DNA of 64,000 nt from Desulfurococcaceae archaeon (GTDB lineage Archaea; Thermoproteota; Thermoprotei_A; Sulfolobales; Desulfurococcaceae). Positions within the stretch are counted from its first letter, which is position 1, and the number at the start of each line of letters is the position of its first letter. The DNA lies in the NCBI GenBank assembly GCA_038816475.1, contig JAWBAI010000002.1, positions 1-64,000 on the forward strand, read 5' to 3'. The notes under the pieces were generated by a model that was not told where the DNA came from, made no database searches, and saw only the letters and a program-made list of their open reading frames with translations. Positions 27,753 to 37,877 of the stretch are shown piece after piece. Position numbers and translations under genes: made by a program.

Positions 27753-29114
27753 CTACTCTGTTCTCCACGCCACAAGTTGCTCTACTACGTTATCTGGTAC
27801 CTTGCCCTCGATAACATCCTTTACTGCTTCTTCTATTATTTCAATACCTTTATCGAGATCCTCTCGCGGTATGGTGAGCGGAGGAGCTACTCTTAGAACA
27901 TTACCGTGCTTACCGTAGGTCATCATTATGAGACCTTTCTCCCATGCTCTCCATATTATCTTCAAAGCTGTTACTCTATCGGGTGTTTTCGTCTTCTTGT
28001 CTTTAACTATGTCAACACCTATCATTAGTCCTAGTCCTCTAACATCACCTATCACCTCGTACTTCTCCTGAAGCTCTTTCAGCCTCTTGATCGCGTATTC
28101 TCCGAGTGTTCTAGCACGGTCAACTATGTTGTTGTTAACAATGTACTCGATGTTCTTTATCGCTGCAATACAGGACAGCGCATGTGCAGCGGAAGTAGCG
28201 AAGAACGTTTGTGGTGGAGCTGAATCCAGTATCTCAGAGCGACCTATAACAGCTGAAATAGGCATTCCAGCTCCAAGAGCCTTACCTAATACCAGAAGAT
28301 CCGGTTCTACACTGAAGTGCTCTATGGCGAATAATCTACCTGTGCGGCCCATTCCGCTTTGCACTTCGTCATCTACTAGCACGATCTGGTACTCTTCGGT
28401 GAGTTTCCTTATACCGTTCACGTAATTCTTAGGCGGAACAAGAACTCCTCCATCCCCTTGCACAGGTTCTAAGATAAGAGCTGCAACATTCGCTTTTGCG
28501 TTTATCTTTCTTAAGTGGTCCTCCGCCTCGGAGAGGTAGTATTCGCCGCAGAGCTCTGGGTCTTCAACGTTGAACTTGCACCTGTATGTATCTGGATAGT
28601 CAATGAAGTAGACGTTTCTGAAGGGTATTCGAGACCTGATAGCGCTACTGAAGGATCCACTAACAGCTATGCCTAGCGCTGTTGTACCATGGTATGAGTA
28701 TGTGTAGCTTACGATACCTGGTCGACCTGTATATATCAACGCAGCTTTCAATGCTGTATCACAGGCATCTCCTCCACTTAGACCAAAGACCACTTTTTTG
28801 TTGAAGCTACCGGGAGTGATCTTAACTAGCATTTCAGCAAGCTCTATAGCTGGCTCATGATATAGATACAGGCAGTAATGTATGAACTTGTCAAGATGCT
28901 CTTTAATAGCGTTTACAACGTATTCGTTCGAGTGACCTATATTAAAAGTAGCAGCGCTGGACAGAAAATCAATGTACTCTCTTCCACTAATATCCCATAC
29001 TCTTGCATTTTTAGCTTTGCGAACTACTATGGGAAAGTATTTGAATGCCTGACTATCTGATATGTATGCCTTGTACCTGCTAATCAGTTCTCCAATGTCC
29101 CGAGGAGACTTCAT
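27753..29114 (-). CDS. Class III PLP enzyme (GABA-AT family), probable amino-acid racemase
   Basis: SYHG, EPVQGDGG, DEVQSGMGRTG, LGKALG; Asp at the QGxGG position. Confidence 0.8.
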   Translation of the reverse strand: MKSPRDIGELISRYKAYISDSQAFKYFPIVVRKAKNARVWDISGREYIDFLSSAATFNIGHSNEYVVNAIKEHLDKFIHYCLYLYHEPAIELAEMLVKITPGSFNKKVVFGLSGGDACDTALKAALIYTGRPGIVSYTYSYHGTTALGIAVSGSFSSAIRSRIPFRNVYFIDYPDTYRCKFNVEDPELCGEYYLSEAEDHLRKINAKANVAALILEPVQGDGGVLVPPKNYVNGIRKLTEEYQIVLVDDEVQSGMGRTGRLFAIEHFSVEPDLLVLGKALGAGMPISAVIGRSEILDSAPPQTFFATSAAHALSCIAAIKNIEYIVNNNIVDRARTLGEYAIKRLKELQEKYEVIGDVRGLGLMIGVDIVKDKKTKTPDRVTALKIIWRAWEKGLIMMTYGKHGNVLRVAPPLTIPREDLDKGIEIIEEAVKDVIEGKVPDNVVEQLVAWRTE

Positions 29115-29184
29115 GGAAAACCCGGAGGAAAAATATGTGAAAGAGGGTTTAAAATAAAAATAATAGTTTGGGATCCACACGTAT

Positions 29185-29445
29185 CTAGGAGTATTTCCAT
29201 ATACCTGTTTTCTCTGAACTTCCTCGAGTTTTCGCCCAAGCTATCAGATATATTAAAATAATGATCAACGCGAATACGAGATACGTTGGTAGTTCACTAA
29301 CCACTTGCCTTGCATATGCAACTTCACGGTATTCTGCCAAAGCTACTGCTATAACAAAGATCATGAACAGCAGTATCATAACTATGAAGAGTATTCCTGA
29401 CACTGTTTTGTCTCTTGGTGTAATAACAATCTCTTGACTACTCAT
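29185..29445 (-). CDS. Small two-TM membrane protein
   Basis: Two hydrophobic helices, GGGTGG RBS, operonic position. Confidence 0.75.
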   Translation of the reverse strand: MSSQEIVITPRDKTVSGILFIVMILLFMIFVIAVALAEYREVAYARQVVSELPTYLVFALIIILIYLIAWAKTRGSSEKTGIWKYS

Positions 29446-29460
29446 ACTTCCACCCTTCTA

Positions 29461-30876
29461 TCATTTTCTACTGAGCCTTGTAGCGAAGTCTTCTATAAGC
29501 TTCGTGGCCACTGGTGCGAAGTAGGCTACTGCTATTAGGTTTGGTATCATCATTAAACCGTTCATCGTATCCGCAAAGTCCCAGAACACCTCGAAAAGCT
29601 TCGGTGATATAGCAGCAGGGATTATTGGTACTATCCATAGAATTCTCCAGAACAAGGTAACGGGTTTCTCTGGTAGCTTCAGGATCTTGCAGAAGAAGTA
29701 CTTAAAGTTTACTTCTCCATATGTAGCCCACGTTAGAAGAGTTGTATACGCAAAGAGCCCTAGTGCTACCCCTAGAACTATGGGCACCCACACTCCGTAG
29801 AACTCGTGGTATGCTTGAAATGCAAGAGCAGCACCACTAAGTTCTGGGTACTTTATGTGTGCTCCAACGAGAACTATGGATATTCCTGTTAAGCTACAGA
29901 CGACGATCGTATCCATAAAGACCTCGAAAATGCCGTAGAAGCCTGCGCGACCCGGATGATCTATCTTCATGTACGCGTACACATTTGGCGCGCTACCTAA
30001 GCCAGCCTCGTTCGAGAACAAACCTCTTGCAAGACCGTATCTGATCGCCTGCGTTACACCCCACATGACCGTATAACCAGCTGCACCCCCCGCAACAGCG
30101 TAGGGAGTAAAGGCGTGTGTTACTATTTCAGCTACTGCTCTAGCGAAGTCTAATGGACGAGAGACCCATAGGATCAGTGCAACCGCAATATACCATGCTA
30201 TCATGAATGGTACTAGGTAGTTTGAAACCATAGCTAATCTCTTAAGACCACCAATTACTACTAATGCGGTGAAGAACGTTATGAGTATACCAACGATAAG
30301 CCTTGTTGTGAAGATATCCCAGTTGTACTGCTTAGCCATCCACTCTCCAGCGAGTGCTACGTTGTTTGCTTGTACCATGTTACCAATACCGAACGCAGAT
30401 ATCCATGCAAAGAGGGAGAACGCTACTGCTAGTGCTGGTCCAATAGTTGGTATTAACCTAATGTAGTAGGGCGTGCCTCCCTCCACAACTTCTCCTTTTT
30501 CTTCTCTTCGAGACCAAACACCAAGAGTTGCCTCAAAAGCCTTAGTAGCCATACCTATTAGCGCACAAACCCACATCCAAAATACTGCTCCAGGACCACC
30601 ATTGCGAATAGCTGTTGCAACACCAGCTATATTACCAACTCCTACAGTAGCACCCATTACAGTACACCATATTGCGAATGGTTTATAACCTCCTCTTTCA
30701 ACAGCTCCCTTATAAACCATGGTTTTGACAGCTGTTCCGAACTTTCTGAACTGAACTCCTCTACTGAATAATGTGAACAGCAGTCCAGCGCCTACTAGGG
30801 TGATAATGGCTGGCATTCCCCATACGATTCCGTTCAGGAAATACATGAAGTCTAGTAGTGCTTTTCCTATATCCAT
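29461..30876 (-). CDS. Alanine/glycine:cation symporter (AGCS, AlsT-like)
   Basis: ATVGVGNIAGVATAI, GGPGAVFWMW, RGLFSNEAGLGS, EVFMDTIVVC. Confidence 0.93.
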   Translation of the reverse strand: MDIGKALLDFMYFLNGIVWGMPAIITLVGAGLLFTLFSRGVQFRKFGTAVKTMVYKGAVERGGYKPFAIWCTVMGATVGVGNIAGVATAIRNGGPGAVFWMWVCALIGMATKAFEATLGVWSRREEKGEVVEGGTPYYIRLIPTIGPALAVAFSLFAWISAFGIGNMVQANNVALAGEWMAKQYNWDIFTTRLIVGILITFFTALVVIGGLKRLAMVSNYLVPFMIAWYIAVALILWVSRPLDFARAVAEIVTHAFTPYAVAGGAAGYTVMWGVTQAIRYGLARGLFSNEAGLGSAPNVYAYMKIDHPGRAGFYGIFEVFMDTIVVCSLTGISIVLVGAHIKYPELSGAALAFQAYHEFYGVWVPIVLGVALGLFAYTTLLTWATYGEVNFKYFFCKILKLPEKPVTLFWRILWIVPIIPAAISPKLFEVFWDFADTMNGLMMIPNLIAVAYFAPVATKLIEDFATRLSRK

Positions 30877-30904
30877 AGAACCCCCCTCCCTTTTAAATAA
30901 GGGG

Positions 30905-30931
30905 ATGTAATATATATAAATATTTTTACAT
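30905..30931. promoter_or_regulatory. Inverted repeat ATGTAA-N15-TTACAT over the TATA region of the symporter operon
   Basis: Inverted repeat in AT-rich promoter; operator role inferred. Confidence 0.35.
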
Positions 30932-30986
30932 ATTTTAAAGCAAATTTGAAGAAGCTGACTCTAGTATTTCTAAAAGATTTGTTTGC

Positions 30987-32660
30987 TTATGGTTGTAGAA
31001 ATCCGCTATACGTTGATTTGTACAACTCGCTTGATTCCAACCTCTTAATGTCTCTATAGTGCTTCTCGGATACCTCTTTGCTCAATAGCTTGTACTTTTG
31101 TTTGTATTCCTCCAGGGGTACACCATGCTCTCTCTGTATTTTGTCTCTGTATACATCGTCGAATATGTTGAAAGCACAGAAGGGTATTAGCCTGCCATCT
31201 GGTACAACGTAGTGTATGTTGCATCTCTGAACTCTTTGTATATCGTAGTTGTAGAGATCCATGAAGTGCATTTGACCTATGAAGAGAAGCTTGTAGTGCA
31301 ATTCTCCTAGAGCTTCGTAGCTTCTTCTCAGCACTACGTTGACTATTATCTTGTATATGTCGAACTCCTTCGGTGCTTTCGAGGAGTCAATGAACTTTCT
31401 TATTGTGTATAAAAGCTTTAATCCTGTAACAACTCTGCTTGATCCTGCTACAAGTTCTTCCCATTTTTCACGAAGGTACTCTAGTAATCCCTCAACATCT
31501 ATGAAGCTTGTTATGGGTACTAGCTTAATTCTGTTCTCGCTTTTCTCGACGTACACATATGTCCCTACGCCGCAGATCGGATGGTTTGCCATCTCAAACT
31601 TGAACTCGCCACTGAAGCCCTCAATGAACCTTGAGAAAACCACACTAGCGTTCACGGGAAACCATGCTTCTCTAGGTATTTCACCATCGGTTTGCTCTTC
31701 TATGAGCTTTACTAGTTCCGGTATTGTTATTCTGTACTTCTCTCTCTCCCGCTTCTTCATGAAACCCGTTAAGCTCACGGGTTGAAAGTTGACTGATCTA
31801 ACTATATCGATGTTTCTGGCTGCAAACCTTACAATGGCTCCTAGCTCGTGCGTGTTGAAGTCCTTTATAACAGTGGGTACTAGGACAACGCTTGTGATAC
31901 CAGCTTTTCGGAACACCTCGAATATGAACGGTATTTCCCAGTGGTTCTTCGGATTGGTCTTAGGTGTTACTCCATCGAAGCTAAGGTACACGGTGTTCAA
32001 CCCAGCTTGTCGAAGACTTCTAGCGTATTCCACTGCTTTGGCTGGACTCTCCTGGTATAATCTTGCGAACTTTAAGCCATTGGTGTTAAGCTGTATGTGC
32101 CTAACACCTTCTTCTCTAAGTATTCTCACGATGTCAACAAGGTCTTCTCTCAGAAGAGGCTCTCCACCTGTTAGCTGAATAGCTACCGTAACACTCTGCT
32201 TCTTAATGCTTCTAACCATTTCTCTGATCTGCTCCAGCGTAGGCTCGTAAACGTAGCCAGCGGCTTCAGAGTAGAAGAAGCAGTACCAGCAACTGAGATC
32301 GCACCTGTTGGTGACCACGAGGTTAACTAGTGCTGTGTGCTGCTTATGCATAGCACATAATCCGCAGTTAAATGGACATGCTGTTTTCACGGGTGTGTAG
32401 ACGTAGCGTGTTCCACGTCCTTCTTCTTTGAACTCCATTACACGCTTGTAGAAGCTTGAATCACCGTAGTAAAGCTCTTCTATTACCCCGTGCTCTGGAC
32501 ACACTCTTCTAATGTAAACTCTTCCTTCTCTTTCAACTATCAGAGCTGGTAAAGCCCTGTAACAGTATGGACACACACTTAGTGTAAGCGAAAGCACCTC
32601 TTCCCCCTTTCTGAGGGATGGAGCAACGTATGCTATCTCTCCATGGTGTTTACTGCTCAA
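30987..32660 (-). CDS. tes: Tetraether lipid synthase (Tes/GDGT-MAS) radical SAM
   Basis: N-terminal CPYC..CPEHG, CPFNCGLC..H, TNRCDLSCWYC, C-terminal RCNIHY..PDGRLIPFC. Confidence 0.85.
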   Translation of the reverse strand: MSSKHHGEIAYVAPSLRKGEEVLSLTLSVCPYCYRALPALIVEREGRVYIRRVCPEHGVIEELYYGDSSFYKRVMEFKEEGRGTRYVYTPVKTACPFNCGLCAMHKQHTALVNLVVTNRCDLSCWYCFFYSEAAGYVYEPTLEQIREMVRSIKKQSVTVAIQLTGGEPLLREDLVDIVRILREEGVRHIQLNTNGLKFARLYQESPAKAVEYARSLRQAGLNTVYLSFDGVTPKTNPKNHWEIPFIFEVFRKAGITSVVLVPTVIKDFNTHELGAIVRFAARNIDIVRSVNFQPVSLTGFMKKREREKYRITIPELVKLIEEQTDGEIPREAWFPVNASVVFSRFIEGFSGEFKFEMANHPICGVGTYVYVEKSENRIKLVPITSFIDVEGLLEYLREKWEELVAGSSRVVTGLKLLYTIRKFIDSSKAPKEFDIYKIIVNVVLRRSYEALGELHYKLLFIGQMHFMDLYNYDIQRVQRCNIHYVVPDGRLIPFCAFNIFDDVYRDKIQREHGVPLEEYKQKYKLLSKEVSEKHYRDIKRLESSELYKSTYSGFLQP

Positions 32661-32694
32661 AGCACATCACCGCTATAAACGTGTTATAGGAGTC

Positions 32695-33315
32695 TTGGGT
32701 TATATAAGCTTGGTGACTTTTTTGGGTAGAGCCGTAGTTATAGCTGGAACACCGGGAACAGGTAAGAAAACCGTAGGTTCAGTCTTGTCGAGTAAGTGTG
32801 GACTACCAGTCGTAAACTTAAGTACTGCGTCTCTCGAAGTAGGTCTTGTAGCGTACTACGACGAGGAAAGAGAAACCTACGTTATCGACGAGGAGAAGGT
32901 TTCTAAGTACGTCTTCGAGCTGGTACAGAGGAGTAGTAAAACAGTGGTGATACTAACACACTACCCCGAGATATTACCAAGAGAACTTGTAGCTGCTGTT
33001 TTTATTCTGAGAACTCACCCGTTGGAACTGGAGAGAAGATTGAAAAGCAGAGGCTGGAGTAGTAGAAAGGTTAACGAGAATGTAATGGCCGAGATCCTGG
33101 GTATTGTAGCATACAACGCTCTACAGGCTTTCGGAACGGAGATCGTGTACGAGCTCGATACCACCAATAGTACACCTGACCAAATAGCTGATGTCATATG
33201 TAAGGTTATAGAGGGAAAGCACGTGATGAAGCCTGGAGTAGAAATAGACTGGCTCTCCCAGTTGCCGCTGGAGGAGTTATTGAGGTTCGAAGACTATGAA
33301 GGGAGCGATAAGTAG
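32695..33315 (+). CDS. Adenylate kinase 6 / Fap7 family
   Basis: GTPGTGK P-loop, LERRLKSRGW..KVNENVMAE. Confidence 0.88.
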   Translation: MGYISLVTFLGRAVVIAGTPGTGKKTVGSVLSSKCGLPVVNLSTASLEVGLVAYYDEERETYVIDEEKVSKYVFELVQRSSKTVVILTHYPEILPRELVAAVFILRTHPLELERRLKSRGWSSRKVNENVMAEILGIVAYNALQAFGTEIVYELDTTNSTPDQIADVICKVIEGKHVMKPGVEIDWLSQLPLEELLRFEDYEGSDK

Positions 33316-34120
33316 TGAGGGAGGAATAGTACTAGCATCATGGAGCCAGATAAACCACCTCGTGTCAAAATCGGACGTGGTACTCCATGTTCTTGACGTG
33401 AGAGACCCCTTGAATACTCTTAGCAGGAAGCTAGTACGCATGGTTGAAAAACGTGGAAAAAAGCTGATTATAGTGTTGAACAAGTGCGACCTCGTTCCTC
33501 GTAGTGTCGCGGAAGAGTGGAAGGAGTACTTCGAAAAACAGTTTAACCATCCAACCGTCTACATAGCAGCATCTAAGCGCATGGGAACACTAAAGCTGAG
33601 AACAGCTATCAAGAAGGAGGCTCCACGGCTTCCTGTAATCGTCTCGGTAGTAGGGTTTCCCAAGGTCGGTAAATCCTCAGTGATAAATGCTTTGAAAGGA
33701 AAACACTCAGCTAGTACAAGCCCGTACCCTGGTAGCCCCGGCTACACTAGGCACTTTCAGCTTTACCGAGTAGACTCAAACATACTCATGATCGATACTC
33801 CGGGCATACTACCCATAGAGGGTGATACACTTGAAAGACTCATACGTGGATATCCACCAGAGAAGCTAGAGGACCCTGTTCTCCCCGCTGTAATGCTCAT
33901 TGAAAGAATTCTAAAGTACCAGCCAATGGCGATTAAACTAGCCTACGGCATAGACACCCAGAACCCCATGGAAATACTAGAGAAAATAGCTGTACACAGG
34001 GGTTGGTTTTACAAAACAACAAAAGAGCCATTAATCGAAGAAGCCGCTAGAGCTGTTATACGAGATTACCAAGCCGGGAAAATACCATTCTATATTAGAC
34101 CTTCACAGGTAAGTAGTTAA
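33296..34120 (+). CDS. Circularly permuted GTPase, RbgA/YlqF family
   Basis: NKCD (G4) precedes GFPKVGKSS (G1) and DTPG (G3). Confidence 0.9.
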   Translation: MKGAISSEGGIVLASWSQINHLVSKSDVVLHVLDVRDPLNTLSRKLVRMVEKRGKKLIIVLNKCDLVPRSVAEEWKEYFEKQFNHPTVYIAASKRMGTLKLRTAIKKEAPRLPVIVSVVGFPKVGKSSVINALKGKHSASTSPYPGSPGYTRHFQLYRVDSNILMIDTPGILPIEGDTLERLIRGYPPEKLEDPVLPAVMLIERILKYQPMAIKLAYGIDTQNPMEILEKIAVHRGWFYKTTKEPLIEEAARAVIRDYQAGKIPFYIRPSQVSS

Positions 34121-34128
34121 CGGTGTAG

Positions 34129-34335
34129 GTGTTGGCTATAAGAGTAAAGATACTTGAAACGAACACTATTGTTGAAGTAGAACGTGAAAAGCTAACTGTG
34201 AAAGAGCTTCTAGAGTATCTTAAGCTATCCTCTTCGGAGAATCTGGTGTTAAAGGGAACTACTATATTAACCGAGGAAGATGAGCTGGTGAACGGTGAAG
34301 AGGTAGTAGTGTTCACGGTCAAATCGGGTGGATGA
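34129..34335 (+). CDS. Ubiquitin-like (ThiS/MoaD/SAMP) protein
   Basis: 68 aa, beta-grasp pattern, C-terminal SGG. Confidence 0.82.
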   Translation: MLAIRVKILETNTIVEVEREKLTVKELLEYLKLSSSENLVLKGTTILTEEDELVNGEEVVVFTVKSGG

Positions 34336-34391
34336 ACTCTTGTGCATTAGTGAACAACTGTTCCCCGAGTGTACCTAACGGTTGAACAGCC

Positions 34392-34607
34392 TTGATCTGC
34401 GTTAAGATAATACCCAAATCTGTAACAAGGTGCTTAGAGATGGGCAAAGAACCCGTTACTCTCAACGAGCTCTTGAACATGCTCAGGGATTACCTGGAGA
34501 GCGAAGATATCGTGGTTGTCGTTAACGGTAGAATTGCGGAGAACCATAATGCCGTTGTTACGGAAAAAGACGAAATTGTTCTAGTAGAAGCGTTCCTCGG
34601 CGGTTGA
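34392..34607 (+). CDS. Second ubiquitin-like (ThiS/MoaD/SAMP) protein
   Basis: 71 aa, VVVNG, DEIVL, C-terminal LGG. Confidence 0.82.
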   Translation: MICVKIIPKSVTRCLEMGKEPVTLNELLNMLRDYLESEDIVVVVNGRIAENHNAVVTEKDEIVLVEAFLGG

Positions 34608-34614
34608 TTTCATT

Positions 34615-35142
34615 CTACTTCGGTGGAGGCCAGACCCTATCGAAATATATGTTCTTCGCTTTGATTGACAAGGGAATACCGAGTGCTACGTCGGCATCAA
34701 TCATCTTCAGTTCCAAGGCTGCAACTCCAATAGTGTACATTATACGATTATCCACGTTCATCATGGAGGCTACTTTAACAGCCGAACCCACAGCTATGCC
34801 CAGGTTGATCAGAGATATGGAAACATTGGGATCTACCTTCATGGACTCCGACTTCTTCAATCCGTAGTCCACGATTTTACACCCAATGATCACGACTGCA
34901 TCACTGTTCCTGACGTTACTAGCATCCCTTCTGAAGAACTCTCCATGAACTGCCGCGAGTTCCTCCATCTTAGCTGCAAGCTTTTCTATTTCCTCTCTAT
35001 CCACCAGTATAATCGAGGTTATGTTATCTATACCACGACCTTTAGGCGCTGTTTTCGCTGCTACGACCATCAGCTCTGAGACCTGAACTGCAGCCCTTCT
35101 TATAGCCTCTTTTTCATCAATCACAGTTTTCAACCCCTGCAC
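34615..35142 (-). CDS. DUF2148-family protein
   Basis: AAKTAPKGRGID, LGIAVGSAV, DNRIMYTIG, KNIYFDR. Confidence 0.75.
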   Translation of the reverse strand: MQGLKTVIDEKEAIRRAAVQVSELMVVAAKTAPKGRGIDNITSIILVDREEIEKLAAKMEELAAVHGEFFRRDASNVRNSDAVVIIGCKIVDYGLKKSESMKVDPNVSISLINLGIAVGSAVKVASMMNVDNRIMYTIGVAALELKMIDADVALGIPLSIKAKNIYFDRVWPPPK

Positions 35143-35144
35143 GT

Positions 35145-35807
35145 TTATACCTCCTCTTGCTTGAGTATAAATCTAGCGTCCACGACGAGAGATTTATCTG
35201 GATAAGCTACAACCGGGTTAAAGTCAGCTGACTCTATTGCCGGGTTTTCCTCCATTAGTTTACCAAGCTTAATCACGATTTCAGCTACGGAGTTTATGTT
35301 AGCAGGCGGTAACCCTCTATACCCCCTAAGTAGCTCAACACCCTTGATTTCTTTGATCATATCCAAGGCTTCTTCTTGCGTGAAGGGCCATACTCTGAAT
35401 GTCACATCTCTCAACACCTCTGTTAGAACTCCTCCGAGACCGAACATTATGACTATTCCGAAGACGTTGTCCCGTGCTCCTCCAACGATAACTTCAACGC
35501 CCTTAGGTACCATTTTCTGCACAAGTACTCCAGCTATTCGAGCATCTGGGTACATGGTTTTAACATTAGTGATTATTTTCCTGTAGCTATCCATAACCTC
35601 CTCTCTGTTTTTAATTCCAAGAATAACTCCTCCAATATCCGTCTTATGGCTAATATCCGGTGAAACTATCTTCATTACAACTGGGTATCCTATGGCTTCT
35701 GCTAGCTCAACCGCTTCTTCGGGAGTTTTAGCAAGACCATAGGGTGGATGAGGTATACCGTACTTTCCTAGAAGCTGAAAAGCCTCATGTTCAAGAAGCT
35801 TAAGCAT
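35145..35807 (-). CDS. ADP-forming acyl-CoA synthetase beta subunit (ATP-grasp)
   Basis: GYPVVMKIVSPDISHKTDIGGV, MFGLGG, DFNP. Confidence 0.9.
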   Translation of the reverse strand: MLKLLEHEAFQLLGKYGIPHPPYGLAKTPEEAVELAEAIGYPVVMKIVSPDISHKTDIGGVILGIKNREEVMDSYRKIITNVKTMYPDARIAGVLVQKMVPKGVEVIVGGARDNVFGIVIMFGLGGVLTEVLRDVTFRVWPFTQEEALDMIKEIKGVELLRGYRGLPPANINSVAEIVIKLGKLMEENPAIESADFNPVVAYPDKSLVVDARFILKQEEV

Positions 35808-35896
35808 GCTTCCCTTGCGGGTTACCGATGATGACTCCACTAGTCCCTTTAGTATGTTTAACGGTTTTAACTCCTTATAAAGAGAGTGGTGAGTGT

Positions 35897-36736
35897 ATGT
35901 CGGGTTTATACAGGGAGATCATTGGTGTTATACACTTACCGAGACTACCATGCCTTTACGCTAAATCCTCCCATGATCTGAGTATTATTGTTGAACAAGC
36001 TGTGAATGAAGCTAGAATCCTGGAGAAACTGGGCTATAGTGGTGTCATTGTTGAAAACTACGGGGATAAACCGTACCTGAAGCGTGTTAGAGATCCACTC
36101 ATCATAGCTTCTATGAGCATCATTGTTAAGGAAGTTGTGAGGTCTACTGGTTTAAAGGTGGGTGTGAACCTCCTGAGGAATTCTGGTCGGGAGGCATACA
36201 GCATAGCTTACGCGGCTGGTGCTAGGTTCATAAGAGTAAATGCTCTAGTAGAAACGATAGTCTCAGATTCCGGTATCATAGAGCCCGAAGCTCCACGATT
36301 AAAACCACTTCTACTGAACTACCCAGGTGTAGAAGTATACGCTGATATCTTCGTGAAGCACGCGTTCAGCTTAAGAGCACTTGCACTCACAACCGAGGCT
36401 CCAAGCTACTTGTTAAAGGGATCTAGAGAGGACTTTCTGAGGGAGATTATTGAAGATTACGTAAATAGAGGAGGAGCTAGTGCTCTCATAGTTACCGGAC
36501 CAAGAACGGGTGAACCACCACAACTTGAACTCATTAAATTAGTCAAAAACAACTCTCCTGTACCAGTATTCGCAGGTAGTGGCGCAAATCCCAGCAACAT
36601 CTGCGCAATGCTCAAGTACTGCGACGGCGTAATTGTAGGTTCGTTCCTAAAGAAAAACGGTTTAGCTGGTAACCCGCTAGACCCTGAAAGAGCCGAGGTT
36701 TTCATCAGAAGCGCTAAAGAGTGTATAGAAAAGTGA
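35897..36736 (+). CDS. BtpA/SgcQ-family protein
   Basis: IGVIHLPRLP, ENYGDKPY, GVNLLRN, VKHA. Confidence 0.88.
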   Translation: MSGLYREIIGVIHLPRLPCLYAKSSHDLSIIVEQAVNEARILEKLGYSGVIVENYGDKPYLKRVRDPLIIASMSIIVKEVVRSTGLKVGVNLLRNSGREAYSIAYAAGARFIRVNALVETIVSDSGIIEPEAPRLKPLLLNYPGVEVYADIFVKHAFSLRALALTTEAPSYLLKGSREDFLREIIEDYVNRGGASALIVTGPRTGEPPQLELIKLVKNNSPVPVFAGSGANPSNICAMLKYCDGVIVGSFLKKNGLAGNPLDPERAEVFIRSAKECIEK

Positions 36737-36798
36737 CATTTGAGTGAGCTCCTGGTTTTTCAGCAACGCATGGTTTAATTACTAACTGGTGCAAGTTT

Positions 36799-37872
36799 TT
36801 GACCGTACCTACCTGGCCTAAAGCTGTAAACTACGAGAATACCCTCAAGGTGCGGTCACCAGAAACTATAGACATTGTTAAACGACTTGGTGCTATTCCG
36901 CCTGATAAAGTCTTTCTTAACAATCACCCTATTGCTAACCCCATTGCAGTTTTCAACCCCACTTTCGTGCTCAGAGACGACATTGCAGAGGTTTACGCTA
37001 GAATAATTGTAGGCTACTACCTGTACGTATCAGCCATAGTTAGAATGGAGATCCCGTTGAACGATATACTCTCCGGAACTATTAGCATAAACCACTACTC
37101 AGCGGAGTTAACAGTATATCCGTCAACTAGGTACGATATTTGGGGTTGCGAAGATCCACGTGTTACCACGATGAACAATAGGACCTACATGACCTACGCT
37201 GGTAGAAGTGTGAACTACTTCGTTAGACCTCCGAGCCCCGAGAGCGTTCTACCTATTACAGCTGTACTAGAGAACAGAAGAGCGTGGTCTAAGGCGTATG
37301 TTCACGTGCTAAAGAATTCGGATAGGAGGTTCGTTGTACACGATAAAGATGCCTTCCTACTGGAGCTGGGTAGTAGAATACTGCTGTTTCACCGACCCTT
37401 GCTCGTTGATAGAAGTTATCACCTTGTTATTAGTGAGGTCAAAGGCCTTGATCAAAAGTGTGAGAGTAAACCATGTGAAGTCTCGTCCGAGAACACCGTT
37501 GAGGTCATGCCATCAGCTCGGTTCGAAGAGAAAATAGGTTGGGCGACTCCAGTCTTGGTGAAACCCACAAGCGCTGTTCTCCTGGTTCACGGGGTTGACA
37601 GAGAGGTGCATGCTTACAGAGTCTTCGCTGTAGAGATTGAGCGTAAGTACGAGAACTTCGTAGTTAAGGCTGTTACACCCTTCTACATCATGGAACCTAG
37701 GACTCCCTACGAAGTATACGGTGATAGACCTTTCACCGTCTTCCCATGTGGTGCGCAAATCGTGGATGACATGGTTATAATAGCCTACGGTGCAGCCGAT
37801 TACCTGGTCGGGTTTGGAGCCTTAGACTTAGCTGAGCTCATGAGCGCCCTGGAAAAGGGTAGAGTAGCATAG
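36799..37872 (+). CDS. GH130-family glycoside phosphorylase/hydrolase
   Basis: VFNP, GCEDPRV, KDA, FHRP, VFPCGA, YGAAD beta-propeller motifs. Confidence 0.82.
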   Translation: MTVPTWPKAVNYENTLKVRSPETIDIVKRLGAIPPDKVFLNNHPIANPIAVFNPTFVLRDDIAEVYARIIVGYYLYVSAIVRMEIPLNDILSGTISINHYSAELTVYPSTRYDIWGCEDPRVTTMNNRTYMTYAGRSVNYFVRPPSPESVLPITAVLENRRAWSKAYVHVLKNSDRRFVVHDKDAFLLELGSRILLFHRPLLVDRSYHLVISEVKGLDQKCESKPCEVSSENTVEVMPSARFEEKIGWATPVLVKPTSAVLLVHGVDREVHAYRVFAVEIERKYENFVVKAVTPFYIMEPRTPYEVYGDRPFTVFPCGAQIVDDMVIIAYGAADYLVGFGALDLAELMSALEKGRVA

Positions 37873-37877
37873 AGAAC

